The position numbers were made by a program, and so were the translations under genes. A stretch of DNA of 64,000 nt from positions 24,490,001 to 24,554,000 of the forward strand of contig NC_043000.1 in assembly GCF_006345805.1 (NCBI RefSeq), read 5' to 3'. The notes beneath the pieces are model-generated. The model was not told where the DNA came from, made no database searches, and saw nothing but the letters and a program-made list of their open reading frames with translations. Of the stretch, positions 24,232-37,427 are shown piece by piece (the stretch's first letter is position 1; every line of letters begins with the position of its first letter). Source of the stretch: Octopus sinensis. Taxonomy: Eukaryota.

Positions 24232-24465
24232 CAGTTCTATATTTAAGAGATGAAGAATTATGTACATTATTTACATTTGATAGATATCTGTCCTCATCCT
24301 GTTTGTTGTTAACACAACTTTTTGGCTGATATACCCTCCAGCCTTCATCAGGTGTCTTTGGGAAATTTCGAACCTGGGTTCTCATTCCTAAGGTATTTTT
24401 TATGCTGTTGTTGTTGTTGTTATTCAGGTCACTGCCTGGAATCGAACTCGGAATCTTGGGGTTAA
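24232..24465 (-). mobile_element. tRNA-headed short element carrying a hammerhead-like motif
   Basis: Minus strand: taaccccaagattccGAGTTCGATTCCaggc (B box)..ggttcgaaat..acac|CTGATGA|a-ggctgg..tcagcc|aaaaa gtt|gtgt. Confidence 0.55.
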
Positions 24466-25579
24466 ATAAGAACCATCATCATCACCATTATCGTCATCAT
24501 TTTATTGATCACTTTTCCATGCTTCCTAACCACGTGATCTTGGTTTCAATCCCACTGCATGGCATCATAGACAAATGTCTTCTACTATAGCCCTAGGCTG
24601 ACCAAAGCCTTGTGAATGGATTTGGTAGACAGAAGCTGAAAGAAGTCCATTGTGAGTGTGTGTGTGTCTGTGTATCCACCTTTGTCTTGACATCATATGA
24701 TGCTCATAAGTCAGCATCACTGCCATAGAGGTGAGGTTGTTTGTTTCCAGTCTTATGTGAAAAACACGTCTGGTAATGTTTGGCTTGAAAACAAACGAGG
24801 GTTGGCAACATGGAGGGCGTCCAACTGTAAAAAAAATGCCTCAACAAATTCCATCTGATCCGTGCAAGTATGGAAAAGTGGACACTAGATGATGATGATG
24901 ATATTTGACTGCTTTTTATTTTATCAACTTCAAAAGGATAACAAGCTAAGTCAACCTGGGTGGGACTTGCATTTGGAATGTTAAGGGACTGTAACCAGAT
25001 AACACATAGTATTTTGTCTGAAATTTCACCGATTCTGTTATGACTGAAAGTTTGTATATTAATATGGAATTTGCTTAATGTTTCTTTAGGATTAATTTTC
25101 ATTTTACAAGTGAAATATTTCACACTTTATAAACAGTAAGAGAGATAAGGTGTATGGTGCTGGATCACTATTATTTTATAACACAAATATATTGAACAAT
25201 GATTTTGTCAGACTTCCACTGGACCAATCACTGTATTTTTTCATGGTGAGAGTTACAAGGGAGTATCTGTAATTGGGTGCAGAACAATTTCATGTAGGAT
25301 TTTTATCAATATGCTTGTGTGTGTGTATGTATATACATACACATATATATATATATATGTAAGTGGAAGCACATAACCTCTTATATATGTATAAAAGAGA
25401 CATGCCTCCAGTTATTGAGTCTGACAAGTTGCCTATACAGTTGGGTGCTTTATAGATGCAAAACCAATGGTCACTCTCTGACCAATCATAACAAACAATC
25501 TTCTAAATACACACACAAATGTATATACATACATACATTTAGATTTGCCTATACACACATACACAAATCCACACATTTT

Positions 25580-26027
25580 CTTATTTCTTTATTGCCCACA
25601 AGGGGCTAAACATAGAGGGGACAAACAGGGACAGACAAAGAGATTAAGTCAATTACATCGACTCCAGTGCATAACTGGTACTTAATTTATCAACCCTGAA
25701 AGGATGACAGGCAAAGTCGACCTTGGCGGATTTTGAACTCAGAATGTAACTGCAGACAAAATACCTATTTCTTTACTACCCACAAGGGGCTAAACACAGA
25801 GGGGACAAACAAGGACAGACATAGGTATTAAGTCGATTACATCGACCCCAGTGCGTAACTGGTACTTTATTTATCGACCCCGAAAGGATGAAAGGCAAAG
25901 TCGACCTCGGCGAAATTTGAACTCAGAACGTAATGGCAGACAAAATACCGCTAAGTATTTCGTCCGGCGTGCTAACGTTTCTACCAGCTCGCATTGTGCC
26001 CGGCATGCTAATGTTTCTGCCAGCTCC
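25580..26027 (-). mobile_element. SINE family B, dimeric (body and tail duplicated)
   Basis: Two bodies joined at aaatacctatttcttt; same junction as in 61764-62180. Confidence 0.9.
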
Positions 26028-26044
26028 CCACATTTTCTGCCAGT

Positions 26045-26315
26045 CAAATTCCACTCACAAGGGACTGGTCATTCCAAGTTTATAATAAAAGATAATTTGG
26101 CCAAGGTGCTTGTACATGGACTGAATTTGTTTTCTAAATAGTCAGAAGAGGGGAAGGGGGAATGTCCATGACCTTGGCAGGGTTCATCGGATGGATGAAA
26201 CCAAGCCAAAACAGACAATTGGAACATGGTGCCGCACTCCGGCTTGCCAGCTCCAGTCAAATAGTCCAACTCATGCTGACATGGATAATGGACGTTAAAT
26301 GACGGTGATGATGAA
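26045..26315 (+). mobile_element. Family C-related fragment with (GAT)n tail
   Basis: ..caactcatgctgacatggataatggacgttaaatgacggtgatgatg. Confidence 0.55.
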
Positions 26316-26710
26316 TATGCATGTGTATATGTGTACGTGTGTTGTGTGTGTGTCTATGAAGTCTTTAGAGATCTTAACATTTATAGCAACATTGAGGGTC
26401 TTAATACTTGTGAGATGTTCAAGACTAGAGCTATAACAAGGTTCAAGGCAGTTTTTACAATGACGAAAGCTTCTAGGTCTATCATAGCAGTCAATAGATG
26501 TAGACCACTTTGAAATGCTAGAAAAATATGAAAGTTTCACTACACTTCAATGGTTAGGAATCTAATCTCTGCACTAAACGTCTGTGATAAATATGCTTAA
26601 TTCAATTCCTGTTGGTAGTGGAGGATATCACATTTCATTTTTTGAATTATATTTGTTTGCATACATACATTAGTTGATATTATATACATAAGAATATGTG
26701 TGTACATAGG

Positions 26711-26754
<44 letters not shown>

Positions 26755-27259
26755 CATATATGTATGTGTGTGTGTGTGATATATATGCATATACAAGTTT
26801 AATATCACTATATATGAAAGAAATAGAGAGAGAGAGAGAGAGGGTTGTGGGAGATATTTTTCATATTAACTGGCTAAGAGGTAAACAAATTATGATATAA
26901 AATTTGATATGTATGAATATGAGAATCAAAACCATCTGTATTCAGTAAAACACACACACACACACATAAACTACACAAAACAACTATATAAAGTATTTCC
27001 AAAAGAGTAAAATATTAAGGCAAGAACTACGATAACAGGAACCAGTCGTAATAATTGGCATTGGTTGGTCTTAGGTTTGCCTTCCTTAGTTCTGTTTGCT
27101 ACACCTCAATGCAAATGATAAAACCTTTTCCTGGAATTAATTTTTGTAAAATACAATGCTAAAGTGTTTTACTTAATTATGAAAATCATAACGAACTGAG
27201 AGTAATTTAGTGGGACAAATTACTTTATTAAGTTTGTTTGTTAGTTTGTATTCCTTTTA

Positions 27260-27618
27260 TATTTCATTTGTTTATCAGTCATTGGGCTGAGACTGAACAA
27301 GGGCCCTGCTGGAGGGGTTTAATTTTTTTAAAGCCTGGTACTTATTCTATTGTTCACTTTTGCTGAACCACTAAGTCATAGGGATGTAAACATACCAACA
27401 CTGGTTGTCAAGTGGTGATGGGGTACAAACACAGACACACACACACACACATATATACGATGTGCTTCTTTTCAGTTTCTGTCTACCAAATCTACTTACA
27501 AAAGCTTTGGTCGGCCTGAGGCTACCATAGAAGACACTTGCCCAAGGTGCCATGCAGTGGGATTGAACCCAGAACCATGTGGTTGGGAAGCAAGCTTCTT
27601 ACCAAACAGCCACTCCTA
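27260..27618 (-). mobile_element. SINE family A
   Basis: Reverse-strand similarity to the family A consensus. Confidence 0.8.
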
Positions 27619-27744
27619 TTTAAAATGTATTTAAATGTCCATTGTCTAATAAGTATGTGTTTAAGAAGTTTGCTTCATAAGAACCATGGTTCCAAGTTCA
27701 ATCTCAACGTGGGTTGACCAAAACTTATTTTTTGAGAATGAAAA

Positions 27745-28290
27745 TAGTTGTTTTGAAAAAGAGTGAAAAGTGAAAGTAGATGAGAAAGAAAAGACAGATA
27801 AAGCACTAGAGAAAGAAAGAGATAGTGTGAATAAGGGAAGGAAAAAGAGTGAATGACAGAGAGTAGAAAGAAATGATATGTGAAAGAATATGTTTGGGGT
27901 GGGGGGAAAGAGTGAACAAGAAAGAACAAAAATAAGGTAAGGATAAAACTAAGAGGAGAGTGAGAGTGAGAGAGAATAAGGTAAGAATGAAATTGAGAGT
28001 GAGAAAATGAGAAAGAGAGAAGAAAGATGAAGGAGAAGATAATGAAAATGTAGGTAACAGCAAAAGAAATATCTGTATAATAAGAAAACCTATCTAACAG
28101 ATGCTGATAAAAAGGGAGGGAGAGAGAGAGAGAGAGACATGATAGAAAGAGAGAAAAGTGAAGAGAGGAGAGAGCAGAGGCATGCAGAGAAAAAAAAATA
28201 GAGGGGAAAGAATGTAAATGAGGAGAAGTTGATGAAGATTGTTGATAGAAAAGAAAGTGTATGAGAAAAGTATTTAACAGCTGTTGATAG
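27745..28290. repeat. Long purine-rich (GA/GAA) low-complexity tract
   Basis: About 550 nt almost devoid of C on the plus strand. Confidence 0.9.
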
Positions 28291-28513
28291 AAGCGAAAAT
28301 ATTGTTCAGGTGGAAATAGTTAGTAAATGAAGACTTTAATAAAAATATATGAAGGTGTAAATATTTAGAATAAGAACAGATTACTGTCGCCTCATGCTCC
28401 TCTATCAAAAGTGTTTGGGGATATTAGACGAAAATTTTTCTCACATGAATCTCTTCCACTCACTTAGTCTATGTATCTAAATACATACATACATACACAC
28501 ACACACATACATA

Positions 28514-29010
28514 TCATCATCATTATCATTTAATGTCCGTTTTCCATGCTAGCATGGGTTGGACGGTTCGACCGGGGTCTGGGAAGTCAGGAAGCTGTGC
28601 CAGGCTCTAGTCTGATCTGGCAGTGTTTCTACAGCTGGATGCCATTCCTAATGCCAACCACTCCGTGAGTGTAGTGGGTGCTTTTTACGTGCCACTGACA
28701 CAAGAGCCAGAGGAGGCTGGCAAACGGCCACGATCGGTTGGAGCTTTTTACGTGTCACTGACACAGACACCAATCAGGTGGCACTGGCATCAGCCATGTT
28801 CGGATGGTGCTTTTTACGTGCCACTGGCATGGGTACCTTAACTACAATTTTCATTTGATTTTTATTTTGATGTTGGTGTTGATGTACTTGACTCAATAAG
28901 TCTCCTCAAGAACAGTGGGTCACTCTACGATCCAAGGTTAGCACAGCAGGCAGTCCTGCAAGCCATGAACTCACTTCATTTGTCGGGTCTTCACAGTCAC
29001 AGCATATCTC
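28514..29010 (-). mobile_element. SINE family C, long form
   Basis: (CAT)n tail through repeated units to acaatttcatttgattttt..cacagtcacagcatatctc. The distal part is shared with 8605-8945. Confidence 0.85.
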
Positions 29011-29023
29011 AGAGGTATATACA

Positions 29024-29068
<45 letters not shown>

Positions 29069-29229
29069 ACATACATGCATCATCTTTATCAAGCTTTATT
29101 CCTCTCATTCTTAGTGTTTATAGTACACGCATATCTACATAAATGAAAATACATATTATAAATATTTTTATCTAAAATAGAAATAATATATTTCTAAATC
29201 TCTCAGAGAGATTTATGCAGTAGCAGCAC

Positions 29230-29420
29230 AATAAAGTGATAGCATGTTGTCAACTTAATGTGACAGTCCCATAAAAGGGAAGAATGCTACAGTTATTTAG
29301 CCCTAGGAAACACTGTTTCCTGTTGGACTTGAAATGGTGTTTCCTAGGGCTAAATAACAGTAGCATTCTTCCTTTTTATGGGACTGTCACATTAAGTTGA
29401 CAACATTCTATCACTTTATT
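29230..29420. mobile_element. Near-perfect foldback palindrome, about 190 nt
   Basis: About 84-nt arms (aataaagtgatag..gccctaggaaacac / gtgtttcctagggc..ctatcactttatt) with few mismatches. Confidence 0.9.
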
Positions 29421-29431
29421 TTTATCTAATG

Positions 29432-29469
<38 letters not shown>

Positions 29470-30329
29470 AATATATATGTGCATGTGGGTGTGTATAAAA
29501 AAGTAAGTATTGTTGATCAATTTGTAAGAAATGGTAAAACATTTACTTATGATGGGACTCATTACATTTTGTGGAAAGGAATTTATTGATGATGTTGAAT
29601 TGACCGGAACTTCAACATTATGTGTGTGTCAAAATTATAACTATCAATTATTTAAAAGATATACTTTCAATCACACACAAACAGTTCATATATTTTACAT
29701 TCTCATCTTCACCGTTTTTGTTTGACCCAAAGTCAAAAGACACTTTCCATTTTATGATAAGTCACATATCTTCCAAGATCTTTTTGTTTGTCATTCCATT
29801 CTACCCCAAAGTCTATCTGTTGTGCTTTAATATATATGAGTTAGAATGCTCTACTTTCTATGTCTATGATTACAGGCACTTTCATGAAAAGTGGAGTGGG
29901 TTTTCCATGATCCAGTGCAGAAACCTTTATGATTCTGGATAACATGGCTGATGAGGGGTTTTGCTATATTTGTTTGGTGTTTTTTTCACTGCTATATGTA
30001 TGTACATATATAAAAATTAAAGCTTAATAGTAACTTTGAAGTTTCTTCAATGGCTGGTTTTATTAAATACCTTGACAAAACTGATCCCCAGTAAAACTAT
30101 GAAGTTGCTGTCAACCTTTTTTTCTAAAAATGTATCTCATACTCTAATTATATGTACTGAGAGCTTTCTGAGTTAATGCTTTATCATCTGTGCACATAAT
30201 TTACAAATAAAATACTTTGGTACATACATATGTGTGTGTGTGTGATTTTATTTGAAAAGCAGGTGAAGGTTGATGACAGGAAGGCAATCTAGCTGTATTT
30301 ATCTAACTCATGTAAAATGGGAAAAATGT

Positions 30330-30610
30330 ATATATATATATGTATGTATATATGTATATATATATATATATGCATGTATATATATATGTATATATATATA
30401 TGTATGTATATATGTATGTATATATATATACGTATGTATATATATATATATATATATTTATGTATGTATATATATGTATGTATGTATATATATATATATA
30501 TGTACGTATGTATATGTATATATATTTGTATGTATGTATGTATGTATATATATATATATGTATGTATATATATATATATACACACACACAAACATCTATA
30601 TATGTATACA
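30330..30610. repeat. (TA)n/(TATG)n compound microsatellite
   Basis: Seen directly; source of five spurious ORFs. Confidence 0.95.
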
Positions 30611-30924
30611 TACATGCATAGATAATACAAACATACATATAGATACCTACATCTCCTCATACACATATATCAAAGTTAAGCCGTCACCTAGAAGCAAGTA
30701 GGACCTGGTAACATGTATCACACTTATTTTTATTTGTTTCAGATGCCCATATCATCATGAGTAGACACAGACACTCTTTCAGCCCCCTTGTCTATCACCC
30801 AATGGAACATCAAAGTTGGTACTCATTTTCAGACAACATTAAATGAAGTGCCTTGCTCAAGGACAGTTCTCCACCTAACCCAGGGATCAAGCCCACAACC
30901 ATAGCCCTCTATCTGTCCAAAACG

Positions 30925-31210
30925 TTTTCATAAGTTGCCAGTCTACCTGTGGCCATTGCCAGCCTCCCGTGGCCATTGCCAGCCTCCTTGTGGCCATTGC
31001 CAGCCTCCCCTGACATCTGTGCCAGTGGCACATAAAAAGCACCCAGTACACTCACAGAGTGGTTGGCATTAGGAAGGGCATCCAGCTGTAGAAACACTGC
31101 CAGATCAGACTGGAGCCTGGTGCAACCTCCTGGCTTCCCAGACCCCGGTCGAACCATCCAACCCATGCCAGCATGGAAAGCGGATGTTAAACGATGATGA
31201 TGATGATGAT
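30925..31210 (+). mobile_element. SINE family C with an internal 18-nt tandem repeat
   Basis: gtggccattgccagcctc x3 at the 5' side; (GAT)n tail. Confidence 0.85.
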
Positions 31211-31609
31211 TTAGCTCTAGTTCCCTATGTTCTTAGTAATAAAAAAGATTTGCTTACATAAGTCGTGAGTTATTCTAATGGTTGAAAAAATTTGGGGATG
31301 TGTATCATATATGATGTATGGATGCCAAGGGTACGTGCCCTGTATGTTACATGTGATACACAGGACAGGCAAAGGTTTAGGATCATGAGCCCAACACCCT
31401 ATCCATTTAGCCACGTGCCTTCACATACACAAATATATGTATGTACATACACATATACATAACACACACATACACACACAGATGCTCATTCTTGTTAAGG
31501 GTTCTAGATGAAGAAAACACTTATTTGTAAGGCTGGTCCCATCCAGCATTTCCCATTTCCACATTCTGCTTGCAGAGTGAAATCTGAGAAAGGTAGTGAT
31601 AATATAATG

Positions 31610-31704
31610 ATTATACACGCACACACACACACACACACGTGTATGTGCGTGTGTGTATAAGTATATGTATATATACGAATATATATGCTTAAATATATAC
31701 ATAA

Positions 31705-31745
<41 letters not shown>

Positions 31746-31746
31746 A

Positions 31747-31791
<45 letters not shown>

Positions 31792-32005
31792 TGCACATAT
31801 GTGTATACATATAAATATATATATATATACACACACATATATGCACATATTTGTATACATATATAAATATATATATATATACACACATATATACATATAT
31901 GTATGTGTATATATATTATATGTATACACACACAATGTATATTCATGTGTATACATGCATATATATATATATGTATAAATGCATATACAAACACACACAC
32001 ACATT
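31610..32005. repeat. (TA)n/(CA)n compound microsatellite
   Basis: Seen directly. Confidence 0.95.
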
Positions 32006-32413
32006 ATATACACTCCTTAGATCTATATTACCTACTATTATATTTTATTTATTTTTTTCTAAATATTTTTACTGCACTATTTTTATCTTTACCAAATAAT
32101 TAGTCACTTAGCTCAGCTTAGGAAAACAAGTTAAAACTCCATATATAAATATTATACGTATTGTATACATTGATGACCAAAATAGCAAGGCACCCCGCCT
32201 TGATTCCATATTTACAATGAGGAATAACCTCCATGAATCACGATGCTGATTCAGAAAAAAATAGATGCAAAATATAAGGATTGGTAAGTCTTCATGATAA
32301 TGGAATTTGTCATATGATCATTCAACAAGTGATAGATTTGTTGTTGGGATTTTGGGACCTGGTTCATCCTCCTTTCTGCCGCAAACAGTGGAATTTTTTA
32401 ACAATATCCAATA

Positions 32414-32641
32414 CCTATCTCTTTACTACCCACAAGGGGCTAAACACAGAGGGGACAAACAAGGACAGACAAAGGGATTAAGTCAATTATATCGACCCCA
32501 GTGTATAACTGGTACTTAATTTATCGACCCCAAAAGGATGAAAGGCAAAGTTGACCTCGGCGGAATTTGAACTAAGAATGTAAAGACAAACAAAATACTG
32601 CTAAGCATTTCGCCCAGCGTGTTAATGATTCTGCCAGCTCT
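32414..32641 (-). mobile_element. SINE family B
   Basis: Full reverse copy; short TSD tccaatacc on both sides. Confidence 0.85.
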
Positions 32642-32659
32642 CCAATACCATTTTAGATA

Positions 32660-33056
32660 AACAATACTGGCAGTTGTGCCAGGGCAGCCGTCTGGCACGT
32701 AAAGAGCACCATTTGAGCGTGATCGTTGTCAGCGTTGCCTCACTGGCACGTGAACAAAACATTCGAACGAGGTTGTTGCCAGTGCTGCTGGACTGACTCC
32801 TGTGCAGGTGGCATGTAAAAACACCATTTAAGCATGGCTGTTGCTAATACCGCCAGACTGGCCCTCGTGTCGGTGGCACGTAAAAAGCACCCACTACACT
32901 ATCAGACTGGTTGGCGTTAGGAAGGGCATCCAGCTGTAGAGACTCTACCAGATCAGATTGGAGCCTGGTGCATCCATCTGGTTCGCCAGTCCTCAGTCAA
33001 AGCATCCAATCCATGCTAGCATGGAAAGCGGACATTAAACGATGATGATGATGATG
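32660..33056 (+). mobile_element. SINE family C
   Basis: Multiple ggcacgtaaa..gcacc units, core, (GAT)n tail. Confidence 0.85.
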
Positions 33057-33894
33057 AATACATGTGCATATGTATGATATGACAGAGTGCATAATCTTCA
33101 GATGTATTTGGTGTGACAATGTCATAGCAGGTCCTATGGTTTACAGATACATTTCATTTGGGTGTTTACACAGTTTCTCTCAACTTGATTTCACTTCCAA
33201 AGTTTGGATCTGTCTAAGGTAGGAGGTACCTGCATGGAGTATCATGTAGTGGGATAGGACCCAAGAACTTTGGGTTGTGAATTATTTGGCCTGCACTTGA
33301 ATAGTTGTGTGTGTGTGTGTATACAAAGGAAAATAAACATACATGCATCATCATCATTGTTTTAACGTCCACTTTTATATGCTTGCATGGGCTGGATGGA
33401 GTTTGGAGAAGCAGATTTTATACAGCTGAGAACCTTTCCTGTCACCAACCCTCACCTGTTTCCAAGCAAGGTAATATTCCCCCATAACCTGACATGCTTA
33501 CACAGAATATTGGAAAAGAATGACACTACACGTATAACTGTGACAATCATTTACGACTATCATGTGATGTCAAGAGAAGAAGACATAAACATGATTTTGG
33601 TTGTTACCTGATGAAAGGTTGAGCATATTTGTGGCCACTGCGTGTTTTTTCTTTTCTTTTTTTTTCCAAATGCTCCTTTATTGTTGCCCCTGTGTCACAT
33701 TTGCACATGCGCACACACATGAGCTTCTTTCAATTCCTGCCTACCAAATGAACTCACAAGGCTTTGGTTGGTCCAGGGCTAAAGTAGAAGACACTTGCCC
33801 AAGGTGTCACACAGTGAGACTGAATCCCAAACCAAGTGGTTAGGAAGCAAACTTCTTAGCCACATAGCAAGACCAAATATGATAATTACAAACA

Positions 33895-33895
33895 C

Positions 33896-33942
<47 letters not shown>

Positions 33943-33965
33943 TAATAATAATAATAATAATATTA
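33895..33965. repeat. (AAT)n microsatellite
   Basis: Seen directly. Confidence 0.95.
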
Positions 33966-34282
33966 GGGAGAATGGCTCCAAACTTACAGGGAAAAATTAG
34001 ATTTAGGATTAAATCAAATTTCACAGTATAAATATATAAAATATGAATTAGAGATAAAACCACTATAATTTATATTATTTGTTATTTATGTATTGGTTTA
34101 TGTCTATCATGGTTTTATCTTTAATTCATATTTTATATATATATATAAGTCACAATGAGGATATTTAAACCTCTTATAAGGATATTTTATCCAAGATACA
34201 TTGGTTTATTATATTATATTTTGAAGAGATAATTCTTCAATGAATATATTATGTAGAATATCGTAAGATATCAGACATTTTT

Positions 34283-34504
34283 ATTGAGTTAGAAAACAAA
34301 GAAATCTAATGGAGACAAATTAATTTATTAATTAATCACCATATTAGCCAACAATAGTTTCATTTCTCAAATAAGATTAAAATTACAAAACATATGTTTT
34401 TATATATGTTTTGTAATGTTAATCTTATTTGAGAAATGAAACAACTGTTGATTAATTAATAAATTAATTTGTATCCATTAAATCTCTCTGTTTTCTAACT
34501 CAAT
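34283..34504. mobile_element. AT-rich foldback palindrome, about 220 nt
   Basis: attgagttagaaaac..tttctcaaataagattaa / ttaatcttatttgagaaa..gttttctaactcaat. Confidence 0.85.
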
Positions 34505-35904
34505 ATATATATATATATATATAAACATACATGTATATACATACACATGTACACACATACGCATGTGTGTGTGTGTATATATTTATATATATATATATAT
34601 TACACACATCAGGAAATAAAAATTCTTTCTGAGCTTTGAGATGACTAAAAAAAAAATCAAAAAAAATCCTTAAAGCTTAGGTAATTAAAAATGTTTTGCT
34701 GGCTTTTCTTTTCTTTCTATAATAGGGAAAAAAGACCCCACCTAAAATGTTACTCCCTCTTTGGTAGTTATTCTTCAGAATAAGTGTTTAGAACTAAAAC
34801 TTCTTTGAGTGGCTTGTTTGATTAAGGCACAAGACATTTCTTTCTTGAAGTGCCTAGGAAGAGGCAGTAGTAAAATGATGCCTGGCTTGGCTTTCTAGCA
34901 TTTAAGTAGCTCACAAGACATCTGCATTGGCTGCTAAACACCAACTTATTAAACTGGCACCAGCACTACGAAATGGGTCAACAGGACACTATCACACTCT
35001 CTTGCTATTCTTGATTTCTTTAGACAAAACAACTATTATCACTTCAGGGTGAAAGGTAGTAGGATGAGGAGGCAAGAAGACAGTTTTATCTTTTTTGTCC
35101 AGTTTCTAAGTAAAGTAAATAACTATATTTTTTTGGTGTATTTTTTTATCCTCAGAGACTTTTATATACTTTTCTTTACTTTCAGAAATATTATACCCGT
35201 TCTGTCTGTTCTCTATTTTGGTCCTGGCCTGTTAACTAAAATCTGTGTGGGACTAGGAACAAAGAAATTCACTGTATAATATGAAAGTAACAAGCAAAAA
35301 AATAAAATTATTCTTTTTAAAATATCAGATTCGTAGGGTCACCATGCCCTCTTTTTTTTTTATACAAAGGCTTAAAACTTCTTTTCTTTTCTCCAGCCAA
35401 ATATTGTTCTTGTGTTTGCTTGATAATAATTACCAATCAAAATGAAATTACAACCTCGACAGACCATGATACAAACTATAATATAAACAAAATAAGATTG
35501 TGTTTTTCTTTCCTTGTCCTATCAGTATAATCTTACTCTTTTGACAGGTGATTTGTCACCTTCACTTTTGCTATTGTTCAACCCCCACCCCACCACCCTA
35601 GCTACTCTTCATACTCCCCTGTCTTTTCTTAGCCTTCAACTCAATTTCCTTCTGAACACACATCATCCCTGATACAAATCCAGATTTTATAATGTATGAT
35701 GCAAGAGGCAAGGATTTGATCTCAGGAAATTTGAGAGATTTATTACTCATCTGTTTGCTAGATTGTCAATGATTAATTATAAAAATAAACAAAGGGATAT
35801 GTGAATCTATTTAATGAATATGAATCCCAATATACTTTACTATTCTCGACCTTTATTTAGCATGTTTTAACCATTTTGATATCAACCTGCTTAAGACCAC
35901 CTCA

Positions 35905-36330
35905 CTCTCTTTTACTCTTTTACCTGTTTCAGTCATTTGACTGTGGCCATGCTGGAACACCAGTCGAGCAAATCAACCCCAGGACTTATTCTTTGTCGAG
36001 CAAATCAACCCCAGGACTTATTCTTTGTAAGCCTACTACTTATTCTATCGGTCTCTTTTGCCGAACCGCTAAGTTGTGGGGACGTAAACACACCAGCACC
36101 GGTTGTCAAGCGATGTTGAGGGGACAAACACAGACACACAAACACACACATAAATACATACATATACATATACAACGGGCTTATTTCAGTTTCTGTCTAC
36201 CAAATCCACTCATAAGGCTTTGGTCGGCCCGAGGCTATAGTAGAAGACACTTGCCCAAGGTGCCACGCAGTGGGACTGAATCTGGAACCATGTGGTTGGT
36301 AAGCAAGCTACTTACCACACAGATACTCCT
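35905..36330 (-). mobile_element. SINE family A with an internal 32-nt tandem duplication
   Basis: gtcgagcaaatcaaccccaggacttattcttt occurs twice in tandem. Confidence 0.9.
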
Positions 36331-36369
36331 ACTCTGGTTATATTATACAAATTTCTTTTTCTAAAGTGA

Positions 36370-36520
36370 TCTAAATTTAAATCTTGCATAAAAATTTCAT
36401 AATAATTTATGTCCAGTTTAATAGTGAGAATATTATTTTGATAAACTCTTTGTTATTTTTCAAAATTAATTGAAATAAAGGCAGTGTATTTCAATGGAAA
36501 TATGGTAATAAAAGTGTTAA
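36370..36520. mobile_element. piggyBac-type MITE remnant
   Basis: Ends gaaatatggtaataaaagtgTTAA, similar to the right end of 6361-6582. Confidence 0.55.
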
Positions 36521-37034
36521 AATTCAAAGAAGAGACTTCTTAAAAAAAGGGAATATCATTAGAGAAGACAAAGGCTTTCTTTTGGTGAAATAACAACCCA
36601 GAAGAAGGATGCTGTGCCATAGATCATCTTCCCTTGTTGACAGGCAGCCTGCACATAAAATAATACTTAGCCTAAATGAGAACTGCAAAAACGTGATTTA
36701 TCTCTTGACAAGGCCAACAGCACATGCAGCAGACGCGTCATAAAAATGGAGGCAAACTGTATTTTACAGCTTTGGATGCAGGTTGAGTAAGATTTGAAAC
36801 CTATGCTGGGAATACTTTTTGTTCGGGTGAGTGAAAATAAATTATTCCTTGCATTAACTTTCAATTTTCTCTTCTTACAGTCTTTGGGATTCAAACTAAT
36901 ATTAAAGTAGCTCAGATACAAGGTTTCTTTTTAAATTTCTTTATATTAACAGTTTCTGTTCAGTACACTTATATATTAAATAGGTTTTAATATTCTGTAT
37001 TTGTTCATATATATGTCCTTTATATATATATATA

Positions 37035-37427
37035 TCAAAATAAGCAAAAGAATATCAAGTAGTGATGCAGTACAACCGTTTCAAGCGGCTCCATGTAATT
37101 GAACAATGCAGTGCCATCTTCAGCTGCACAAATAAATAAATAGAATTTTAACCAGTTGGACACAAGCTAAGACCCCAATGGGCTTCATGCGATTCTTGGA
37201 AGTGTACTCTATTCTTAGCTACAATAGCAACAACATGAACTTCTTCAATCTTCCTACTCTATTAATTATATTAATGTGTCCGACTAGTGAAAATTCTATT
37301 TATTTATTTGTGCAGCTGAAGATGGCACTGCATTTAAATTGATACAATGATTGTATTGTTTGATTAAATGAAGCTGCTTGAAACGGCTGTACTGCATCAT
37401 TACTTGACATCCTGTTGCTTATTTTGA
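37035..37427. mobile_element. Foldback element with a hammerhead-like motif in each arm
   Basis: About 125-nt arms. Plus arm 37310-37397: gtgcag|CTGAAGA|t..t|GAAAC|ggct|GTA|ctgcat. Mirror copy on the minus strand at 37065-37129. Confidence 0.75.
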
